Source of the DNA: Phaeosaccion multiseriatum
Taxonomy: Eukaryota; Protista; Ochrophyta, other classes
DNA: 64,000 nucleotides
Assembly (NCBI GenBank): GCA_965112735.1
Contig: OZ218963.1
Coordinates: 1,302,001-1,366,000 of the forward strand
Direction: 5' to 3'
The position numbers were made by a program, and so were the translations under genes. Below, piece after piece: positions 49,258 through 64,000 of this stretch. How positions within the stretch are numbered: position 1 is the stretch's first letter; the number at the start of each line of letters is the position of its first letter. The notes beneath the pieces are model-generated. The model saw only the letters and a program-made list of their open reading frames with translations. It was not told where the DNA came from and did not search any database.

Positions 49258-50763
49258 TTCAAGGTCAGGGTCACTTCTCTCCTCTCCAAGCAGGTCCGGC
49301 CGCGACCCTCTACCCTGTTTCCGATGCGCCGCCTGAATGGCCTCCACGATGGCCTGCTCCGTCTCTTGCTCCGTGTCCCTGCTTCTGCTCCATCCCGAGC
49401 CCCCTCCCCCTCCACCACCGCCCCTGCCCCAGCCCACGCCACCACTCCCAATGCTGCCCTTTGGACGCAAGGGTCTTGCGCGACCATCCGATGAATGTTC
49501 CATTTCTATCCCATCCTGTAGAGACCTTCTTCGTCGCCGCTTGTGCCCCCCTTCTCCATCCCCAGCCCCAGGGGGCGGGGGGCGCACCATGCCACCACCG
49601 TTGTCCTCCACCCCGCCAGCTTCGGCAGCCGCTCCAAACCGCACATCCTGTTGCCACCGTCCTTCTCCTCCCCCCCCCGCCGCCTCCCTCTCCTCGTCTT
49701 GTAGCACCCACATTTGCCGCGTTTCGTCATAGGTGAATTTGTTCTCCTCGCCCAGATTAGCAAGAGTGGGTCTCTTGCGCCCACCCAACCACAAGCGTAG
49801 GCTGGAGCCCCACCCTCCCCCCCGTTGCCCCCCGCCACTTGCTGTTTCTCCCCTCCGCGTCGGTGGGTGAGTGCCTCCGACTCCAGCCGACACAGAGGCG
49901 AGAGGCCCATTGCTGCTGCTAGCGCTACTGTTGTGTGCCACCACTGACGGTGGTGAGATTTGGACGTCCTCTGGACAAGCCTCGTCGTGCCCAGGCGGCT
50001 CTCCGATTTCCAATTGCTCCACCAGCTCTGTCAACCCCCTTTCCTCTGGCGCTTCCCCGAGCTTACACGTGGAGGTGCCCCCAAGCTCTTGGGGAATCTG
50101 TTCCAATGGAATCACTTCCAGCAAGGCAGGTAGGAAGTCCGTTCCACAAATCTTGAGCTGTGGATGCGTATGCACAGAAAGAACGCGTGGATTGGGGCGC
50201 AGACGGACGAAAGAGGGAGTAAGGAAAGCCTGAAATATGAAATGTTAAAAGCTGAGGTGGATCGCTGACTTGCAATCAATAACATCAATTCACCTGCCCC
50301 TTCTTGCCCTGTATCCTCCCTCTCCATGGCGTTCGTTTTCTACTCTCACCTTGGCCTTGGTATTGGCGGAAAGCACATTGGCGACAACTTTCCAGGAGCC
50401 GGCGAACCACCAAGGCGCATTTATGATGATGATCGCGCTTTGGCGGCCAGGGTAGTGGTTCTGCATAACCTCCGCAGTGGCCGATAGGTATGTCAGCATG
50501 ACCTGGACGGCAGCGCAAGGCAATGATGGGCACAAGAAGGTTACTGAGAGCAGGGCTGAGGGCGCACGCGACGACTCGAATTAAGTCAGGAGAGGTGAGG
50601 CACGCCAAGGGGGGTCAGCCAAAAGGGACGAATGCCAAATACCACACAGTTTCGTGTACTCTTCTTACCTTGTTGTTCCGCACGGTATTTAGCGTGAGCC
50701 CTTTCACATCCAAAACGGTCGCCAGCGTGTCATCTGGCACAACAAACGCACACAAGGGCGCGT

Positions 50764-50845
<82 letters not shown>

Positions 50846-52741
50846 GAGATGGAGAGAAAATGGGTCAAATGCCGTTCGAAGGGAGGGGAGGGAGTGTCTA
50901 GCAGCACAGTCACGCCCGGCCAAGCCTGAGTCTGAGGGAGATGACGTCACGCCCGGCCAAGCCTGAGTCTGAGGGAGATGGATGGGGTGTGGGGTGGAAG
51001 GACGCCGCACAGCACTCAGCACTCAATAGGGGTCAAAGGCGCTCTTTGTGAGCCTCCCACCCAACCTCCTCCCGCACCACTACAGTTCCGGCCGTACGTA
51101 CGTACAGTGCATGCAAACTGAAAGTAATGTAACGCTACGTACCATCGCCCATCGACAGCCGGGTCCATATGTACTCGTTGACAAAGGTGTAGTGCCGCTG
51201 CATTGCAGAGCCGTCCACCCCCAGCGCTGCGAGGCGACCGAACTGCATCCTCCCCGGGCTCTCGTAGCACACGATTTCTCCCTCCTGCAGCCGACATACA
51301 TGGGTCGAGCGAGAGAGCGTTACTCAGAGATTGTGAGACCAAGGCTAATTAATATAGAGTGTGAGCAACAGTATGTGTGGCTTGCAAAAGTGAGGGCAGC
51401 AACTTACACCCTTTCTCCGCTGCTGATACTGCTGCTGCTGCCGCTGCTGATGCTGATGCTGCATGCCACCTACCTTGGTTCTGCCATGCAAAAAGTGAGG
51501 GTAGCACTCCTTGATGAGGTGGAAATTGGGTTGCCTTTCTCGCAGCACGCGTCCCACTTTCATCTCCTCCTTCCAGCGGCAGGTCGCGTCCCACATAGCC
51601 TGGGCCTTGCGCTCTGACCGGCACGCCCGGAGGTACCGGCCCGGGGGGGTTGTTGGGCTAACCTGGGGGGTTGTTGGGCTAACCTGACCGTCCCCTGACT
51701 CGGTGGCCCCACCCCGCCCTTCTTCGAGACTTAGCAGAGGTACCGAGTCTGTAACTGCCCCTGCCCCTGCCCCTCCTGCTGCTGCTGCTGCTGCTGCTGC
51801 TCTTGAGCGAGACTGACGGGTAGTGGGGACTGGAAAAGCAATGACGACTGCAGAGATCAGCGCAGCAGTCAGGACGCAGACTAGAGCCACCGGCTTCCCG
51901 TCGAAGGCCGAGACGCCCCAAGTCTGTTGCCCGTGAAAGGAGGGGGAGAGGTGTAGAGGGGGGAGGGGAGGGAGGAGCAATTGGTTGGGGGGAGGTATTC
52001 TCGATAACGGCCCAGCTCAGGACAGGACAGGGTGGACACAGCAGCAACGAAAAGGCTACTCACCCACCCACCCACCCATGCATGTACGCACAGTCACAAA
52101 CGCACCTTCCTCCATAGAAGACCTCCCATCAAGGGCCCCGCCGCGAAGCCTATGAAGAACATGACGTGAGAACTCGCTCCCTCCACAGACGCCCCAGTGC
52201 CACCCGTCAGTGTATTACCTTTAGCACTGGAGCTTCCGGTCCGTCTTTCCTCCTCGCTGAAGCTGTTGCTGTTTCTGCTGCTGACGACACACTTACAGAG
52301 CAAGCTCGTGAGCGCCCCACTCAGGCTTCGTGCCAGGAGGAGGCCACCGGCGCTGTCTGCAAAGAGACCAAGCCATATCAGCAGCAGCGAGGTGGCGAGC
52401 ACAGCGCCCATGAGTAAGCCTCGGTGCGAAGGGAAGCGGGCCATGAAGGGCCAGCATACGTTGACCACTCCCCTTCCCGCCATGTAGCCGGCATACACGT
52501 GGCCCCATTGTCGCGCGACGAGAGCCCACTCCTCCGGGTCTCGCTGAGTCGCATCGATAGCCTCGTCGTCCTGAAGCTGCCCCTGTAGGTCTAAAGCGGC
52601 CTGCTCCTCCTGCTGCGGCATCGTGTCCAGCCCCAGGTACTCGTACAGCAAGAGAGGTCCAATCGGAAGGAGCATGGAGCGCACCAATGCGTCGCATAGC
52701 AGCGCCACGTTCAAGCTACTGCTCCTCCTGGCCCTGCCCAT
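47433..52741 (-). CDS. MFS (ZIFL/DHA1-like) transporter with a CRAL-TRIO/Sec14 domain and a Sec16-like motif in the central loop, multi-exon
   Basis: N-half: LLLARSLSG, GFAAGPLMGGLL. CRAL-TRIO: RYLRAC, YPHFLHGRTK, TVLDVKGL, MQNHYPGR..IINAPWWF..W, LLEVIPLEQIPQELGGT. C-half: LLPMWMLSSISDGGMGFSPERVG, GDVGGPVLGTAAFA. Confidence 0.82.
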
Positions 52742-53073
52742 CACTGGAGCAACCCTACAATTATGCAATTACTTTACACCCCATACCATCCAAGTTACCC
52801 GCGTGGCAAGTAAGGTGAGGTGTGAAGAAGAGGAAAACAGAGGTGGAAAGGTAAGGATAAGGAGGAGGCGAGTGGCGGTCGGCCGCGCGGGCCGGGGCCG
52901 GGCCGCCGAGGCGGCATTCATTGACTTAAACCTTCATCCTTTTCCTTTCCTTTCCATTCCTTCCTTTCACACATTCTCTGTTGTGAATATATGAATGAAA
53001 ATATGAACCACCCTCTCAGGGAGGCCGAGACAGGGAGATGTCCAGAAACGCCTTGGCCTGTCTGCGCCGATTT

Positions 53074-57259
<4,186 letters not shown>

Positions 57260-57502
57260 CACACGCTTCTCCCTCCTTCCTCTCTTGCCTGATTCAAGAC
57301 CGTCACACCCTCTTCGCTTTCAAGTCTGTTCTTTCTGCTCATTCGGCTTTTCCTTCCCCCTTCCCTTCCCAACGGCGTACCACCAACGCGTTTTCTGTGG
57401 GGAGGCAGTCCCCCGGGGGGTTCACCTCTGGATGGGAGCGCCAGACCGAGAAGACAAGGGCGGGATTGAGACGGCTGAGAGGATAGGAGGAGGGATACGA
57501 AC
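57260..57502. promoter_or_regulatory. Putative bidirectional promoter for katanin p60 and UPF1
   Basis: Only 243 bp lie between the divergent start codons. Confidence 0.6.
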
Positions 57503-59504
57503 ATGAGTATCCCTCCGGAGGACCCCGCCGTCCCTGGTGTGGACGACTGGGTGGCGCAGAGCGAGCACGGCTCCGAGTACGGCGGCGACGATCACCTGGA
57601 GGATGATATCCTTGGGGTGGCGGGTGAGGGTGGTGGAGACGATGGGGGTGGGGAGAAGGGGGGCGGTGAGCAATCCGAAGCTGGTGCTGGTGCTGCTACC
57701 GCTGCTGCTGCGGCGGCGGCAACTCTGGGCGGTGGGAAAGAGGAGAAAAGTGCTGCTGCTGCTCCTGCTGGTGCTGCCACTCCTGCTGGTGGTGGCCAAG
57801 CGCCGCCGGAGGAGGACGGCTGGATGGACGGTGCCGACAGCGTAGTGAGCCATAATGCCTCTGCCGCCCCTCCCAGCGTGGCCCCGTCCTACAGCGCCTA
57901 TGCGGACGGGGAGGACGAGGATGCAGATCTGGCCAGCGTGGGAACAGGGATGGAGACACTGACCCTCCATGAGAAGGATGGGGAAGGAGGATCCACTGCT
58001 GCTGCTGCCGCGTCGTCGGCTGCTGGGGGGCTTGACGAGGCCTCTGCCCTTGGAGACGACAACGACGAAGAGGCGCAGGAGGGAGTCGAGTCGGCTGAGT
58101 GGGCTTGCAAGTACTGCGGGATCCACGACCCTGCGTGTGTGGTCAAGTGCGTCGAGTCGGGCAAGTGGTTCTGTAACTCTTGCGGCAACTCTTCGGGAAG
58201 TCACATCATCCAGCACCTTGTCCGCGCCAAGAACAAGCAGGTGGGTGGGTCTGCTTGCTGCTGGCTCGTAGCTTCTCTTGTTTGTCGTTGTCGTCGTTGT
58301 TGTTGTTGCTACTGTTTTCAAATCCATGTTCACTCATCTTTAGCCTCTCTCTCTTGTCGCTCCCGCTCTCCCTCCCTTCACCCCCCCCCCCACCTCCACC
58401 CTCCCTGTGCACACAGGTGTGTCTCCACCCAGACTCCCCCTTGGGCGAGACCATTCTCGAGTGCTACAACTGCGGCTCGCGCAATGTCTTCCTGCTGGGA
58501 TTCGTCCCGGCCAAGACCGAGAGCGTGGTGGTGCTGCTGTGCCGAGTGTGTGTGGAAGGCGCCCATGCCCTCAAGGAGATGGGGTGGGACCTGTCTGAGT
58601 GGCTGCCACTCATCCAAGACCGCCGCTTCCTTCCGTGGTTGGTCAAGGTTCCCTCCGAGCAGCAGCAGCTCCGCGCCCGACAGATCTCCGCCGGGCAGAT
58701 CGCCCGTCTGGAGGAGCTTTGGAAGGACGACCCCAACGCCACGCAAGATGACTTGGACAAGCCCGGGGTGGACGACGAGGCGCAGGTGCGTGCGTGCGTG
58801 TCAGAAGCGAGAGGGACTAACTTGCTAGGCGCCACATTCCCCCTCTCCGGAGCATGTGGAGTGTGTTTTCTGCCGCTGTGCTCTCCTTTGCTCTCCTCTC
58901 CCTCCACCCCGCCTCCTCATTGTACCTCGCTGCTGTGTTTTCTGCTGCTGTCGACAATCTTCCCTCTCGGCCGCTTTTCCCTTGCCCCCCCCCCCTCCTC
59001 CTCTCTCCCGCCCGTACCCTCTCTCTCACATACACACACACACATAGCCCGTTCTGCTTAAATACGAAGACGGCTACCACTACCAAAACATCATGGCGCC
59101 GCTGGTAAAGATGGAGGCCGATTACGACAAGAAGATGAAGGAGAATCAGATGCAGGAGGGTGTCTCTGTTCGCTGGGACCAAGGCCTCAATCAGAAGCGT
59201 GTCGCAATATTTAGACACACGCAGGTACGGTACGGTGCACTTGGGGTCAGAACAATAGTGACCACTGAACTGAACAAAACGCCCCACCCCCACCTTGGTT
59301 GGTCGATGCACAAATTTACCACAGCAAGAAGCGATGGGGGGCTACACTATTCTGTTGTCCAAACACTCCAACCAACCCCCAGCCCAAGTCAACCTCCCCT
59401 TATCCCTTCTTCTCCCTTTCCCCCTTGTCCCCCTCCCTTCCAACCCATCCTCCCAACATTTCCATCCTTACGTTTTCTCTGCCCTTCTCCTCCCGCTCGC
59501 TGCC

Positions 59505-59557
<53 letters not shown>

Positions 59558-62500
59558 CTTATGCATGTTTGCTGTTCGTTTCCTCCGCTGGCATCAGGAC
59601 GAGGCCAACATGCGCATGGTCATTGGGGACGAACTCAAGCTGCGCATGGACGCGGGGTCCGCTCGCGTGTACGGCCAGGCGTGGGAGGGGGTGGGACACG
59701 TGTTGAGGATCCAGGACGGGGAGGTGTCGCTGGAGATGAGAGCCGCACAGGTGTGTGAGGCTGGGAGCAGAGCGAGTACCATCGACGTTTGTCTCTTGTC
59801 TGTTTGATCGATCACACTCAGTGTTCTCCAACGCGCTGTTCGCCCCATTTTGTGGTTGATGTATGTATAGCATGTGTGGAAACTAAACCCCTTAGGTGGT
59901 TCCTGTTTGAAGTCAATGACTACACCCCTTTTAAGGGGGAGGGATCCCCCGACATGATTCATGATTCCCCTACAGTATTCTTCTCTGTTCCCTCCCTCCC
60001 CTCATCCCTTCTTCCCCTGTAGCATTCTTCTCTTGTTCCCTCTCCCCCAACCTTAACCCCCCTCTGACACTCTTATCTGCCCCCCCCCCCCCCCCCACGT
60101 ATGCCTGTAATCTTCGCCCTCCCTCCCTCCCTCCCTCCCCCCATCCGTCCTTCCCCCCCCCCCAAAAACCCTCAAAGGTGCCTATCGAGATGACGGAGGG
60201 ATACGAGGTGGAGTTTGTGTGGAAGTCCATCTCTTACGATCGCATGCAAGCCGCCCTCAAGTCCCTCGCGGTGGACGACACGAGCGTCAGCGGCTTCCTC
60301 TACCACAAGCTCTTGGGTCACGAAGTGGAGCCCCAAATGCTCAAAGTCAACTTGCCCAGAGTCTTTTCCGCCCCAGGCCTCCCCGAGCTCAACCACTCGC
60401 AGTTCTCGGCGGTCAAGTCGGTGCTGCAGCGACCCCTCAGCTTGATCCAGGGCCCCCCCGGCACCGGTAAGACGGTCACATCGGCGACGCTTGTTTTCCA
60501 CCTCGCCAAGCAAAACATGGGCCAGGTGCTGGTGTGTGCTCCTTCCAACGTGGCGGTGGATCACCTCACGGAGAAGATCCACCTCACCGGCCTGCGGGTG
60601 GTGCGGCTGGCCGCCAAGAGCAGAGAATCCACTTCGTCCAATGTGGACCACCTCACTCTACACACCATGGTGCGCGAGCTCGACACCCCCGACAAGGTTG
60701 AGTTCCGCAAGCTTGCGCAGCTCAAAGAGGAGCAGGGAGAGTTGGTGGCGGCGGATGAGCGCAAATTCCGCAGACTGCGCTCGCAGACGGAGAGAGAGAT
60801 TCTGCACGCTGCTGACGTCATTTGCACCACGTGCGTCGGAGCGGGCGACCCTCGCCTGTCCAACTTCCGCTTCCGCCAGGTGAGAGGGACACAGGGGGAG
60901 GGGGAGGGCGCGTTGAGAGTGGTGTTTGTTTGTAGGCAAAGTTTGGGGCGCTTCATTTCTTGTGTGTTTCAAATTCAAAGTGCACCCATTTCCTTCCCTC
61001 CCTCCATCACTCACACACTCACTAGCTGACCGGTCCTAACGTCCGTCTTCGCACCCCCCTCCCCCTCCCTCCACTTCCCCTCCCCTCCTCTCCCCTCCTC
61101 TCTTCTCCCCTCCCCTCTCCGCCCCCCTCCCCTCCCCTCCTCTCTTCTCCCCTTCCCTCCCCTCCCCTCCCCTCCCCTCCCCTCCCTTCCCCTCCCCTCC
61201 CCTACCCTCCCCATATAGGTGCTGATCGACGAGGCGACGCAGGCGATGGAGGCGGAGTGTCTCATCCCCATAGTACAGGGTGCCAAGCAGCTCGTCCTGG
61301 TGGGCGATCACTGCCAGCTCGGCCCTGTCATCATGTGCAAGAAGAGCGCCAAGGCCGGCCTCACACAGAGCCTCTTTGAGCGCCTGGTGTTGCTTGGCAT
61401 CAGGCCCATTCGTCTGCAGGTGTGTGTGGGCGTGGATGGATGTGTGTGTGGGTGTGGTTGGGTGGGTTGGTGGATGGGTGTGCGCGTGTCGGTGTTGAAC
61501 GGCCTCTTATCTGGGACCTACTTAGGGCGAGCAATAATGAATGATGGTACGGTACCCCACACTTCTTTCCCCAGTCCGTGCTTGTTCTTGTTCTTCCTTT
61601 CCCCCCTACTTTACTGTACCGCTGTGGAGGACACACGTACGAAGAGCTCTCTACCTCTCCCGCACACCCCTCTGAAGCGTGTGCGTATCGCGTTGCCACC
61701 ACCCCCTGCCCATGCACTCCCATCCACTGCCATCCACTGCCATCCACTGCCCCCTCCCTCTGTCAGGTCCAGTACCGTATGCACCCCTGCCTGTCGGAGT
61801 TCCCCTCCAATATGTTCTACGAGGGCACGCTGCAGAACGGCGTCACGGAGGCGGAGCGAACCATGGCACAGGTACGTGTGTGTACAGGAGAGGACGTGTA
61901 TGGGGGTAGGAGGAGGAGGAGGAGGAGGAGGGAGGGAGGAGGAGGGAGAGGAGGAGGAGGAGGAGGAGGAGGAGGGAGGAGGGGGAGGAGGGAGGAGGAG
62001 GAGGAGGAGGCCATATCTGCCATTGGCATGGAATCTCTGTCCGCCCTCCCCTTGCATCATCATCACCAGGCTGCCCCTGCTTACATCACATTCATACCTT
62101 CACTAGGCTGCCCCTGCTTACATCACACTCATACCTTCACCAGGCTGCCCCTGCTTACATCACATTCATACCTACCTCCTCTCGACTGCCACTCCTGCGC
62201 TTGTCCTCCCCCCCCTGGGCCATTCCCCACCCATACCATCGTCATTGGTGTTGTGCTGTTGTTGTGATGTTGTGCTCTGCAGGTGGACTTCCCCTGGCCC
62301 GTTCCCTCCAAGCCCATGTTCTTCCACATCACAAATGGCGTGGAGGAGATCTCCAGTAGCGGCACTTCCTACCTCAACCGCACAGAAGCAAGGTTCGTCC
62401 GCCTCATTGTGCATGTATGCATAACCGCTTCTTCGACCCCAATGGCTTCCCCTCGCGCTTCGTTTGTTTTGCCATACACACACATACATACACACATACA

Positions 62501-63553
62501 CACACACACGCCACGCATCCATCATTTCGGACTCCCCCCTCATGACCACATCCTTTCCATCTCTCCCAATACCCAACGAGGCGTAGTGCGAGGCGTTGTG
62601 CGCAGAGAGAGAGATCAATGTGCGCCTCACACCCACCCACCTCTCTCTCTCGGCCTTCTCTCTCTGCCCACCCCTCGTCGTTTTACCCACCCCGTTTCCT
62701 CCCATCCAATCGCGCAGCAACGTGGAGAAGGCGGTGACCCACTTTTTGAAGAATGGCGTTACACCGGAGCAGATCGGCGTCATCACCCCTTACGAAGGGC
62801 AGCGCTCCTACATTGTGTCCTACATGCAGCGCTCCGGCTCTCTACGCTCCCAGCTATACGCGGACATTGAAGTCGCTTCTGTGGACAGCTTCCAGGGCCG
62901 AGAGAAGGACTTTATCATCCTCACGTGTGTGCGCTCCAACGAACACCAGGGCATTGGATTTCTCTCGGACCCGCGCCGCCTGAATGTGGCCCTCACGCGG
63001 GCAAAGTACGGCACCATCCTGGTTGGAAACCCTCGTATTTTGGCCAAGAACCCTTTGTGGAATGCCCTCATCAACTACTACAAGGAGAATGACGGGCTGG
63101 TGGAGGGCCCTCTCAACAATATGACTTCTTCGATGATGTCCTTCCCGAAGCCTCGGGGCCGGCCTGACGACCGCAGGCTGTACTTTACAGCTCTCGCTCA
63201 GGGCAACATAGACCCCAGAGCGGCGGGGGCGGGAGGACCGGGGGGGGGGATACCTTCAGGTGAGAGCGGGGGGTGGGGCAGGAGAGTACCCACCAGACAG
63301 CAAGCCGCTGCTGTTGCTGTCGGATTGAGTATGATTGTTGCTGATCTTGGGGGGGGGGGGGTGATTGTGCTTTTCGATTGTTGGGTACTCTCGCTGATAC
63401 GTCACGCCGCTGATTGACCTCATTGCTTGTCAAGACCCCCACTCCGACTGCTGCTGACAGACACACGATTCATTGTCCCCATGGCTCCCGGCTTTCTTTT
63501 TGGACGCACACAACACTCACTCACGCACACGCACACACACTCACACTCGCACG

Positions 63554-63593
<40 letters not shown>

Positions 63594-64000
63594 ATTGATT
63601 CTCCAGGCAAGATGCCGAACGGGCACCCTCAGCGCCGTTACGAGCCGATGGACAGTCGCTTCGACCCCCGCTACGACGGACTGCAAGCGGGGCCTCCGGG
63701 CCCGGGCATGTACGGCATTGGAGGCGGAGACCCTCAGGTATGTATGTACGTGTGTTCTTGTGTCTTCTCGATTAGAGTGCTCGCACCTGGCCTTACATAG
63801 CCTTACATACAACACAGATTCTTTGACGGGGTGTGTGTGGTGGGGGAGGGGGGGGAGGGGGGCAGTATGAAGACGGGTTTTCCCCATGCTTTTGTTTGCT
63901 TCCGTCTGTGTGTGTCGTTCTCAAATGAACCGCCATGTAGGTACGTACTACTAGTACTACTACATGTGTCTTACTCCCTTCCTTCTCCTCTTTTTTTCCG
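57503..64000 (+). CDS. UPF1: Regulator of nonsense transcripts 1 (SF1 RNA helicase), 3' end beyond the window
   Basis: CH domain [31 protein letters not shown] and LECYNCG; [64 protein letters not shown]. Confidence 0.97.
59506..59557. repeat. (GAT)n microsatellite in a UPF1 intron
   Basis: About 17 GAT units; the source of the spurious poly-M and poly-D ORFs. Confidence 0.9.
62064..62174. repeat. ~37-bp tandem repeat, 3 copies, in a UPF1 intron
   Basis: CAC(C/T)AGGCTGCCCCTGCTTACATCACA(T/C)TCATACCT is repeated three times. Confidence 0.88.

Overview
This is an intron-rich, GC-rich eukaryotic window with microsatellite-filled introns and intergenic regions. A stramenopile/ochrophyte alga is inferred from gene style only. 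Most ORFs in the track are artefacts of (CCCT)n, (TCAC)n and (CA)n repeats. Splicing by hand supports 12 protein-coding genes: Mn-type CDF transporter, hypothetical protein, two paralogous F-box genes, TMTC-like GT-C/TPR protein, DMAP1/SWC4, CDC50/LEM3, a myristoylated SAM-like/pseudokinase/ARM protein, a ~2306-aa multi-glycosyltransferase-like protein with Cys-rich and (PTP)n repeats, an MFS transporter with CRAL-TRIO and a Sec16-like motif in its central loop, katanin p60, and UPF1 (running off the window). Three things stand out. (1) A set of non-autonomous TIR elements with TCG(A/G)C...G(T/C)CGA ends, one with a perfect 6-bp TSD; two composite copies clamp a (CCCT)n array and bracket an F-box gene. 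(2) The MFS-CRAL-TRIO-Sec16-motif fusion. (3) The giant GT/mucin-like protein. Domain calls come from motif recognition by eye, not from database searches.
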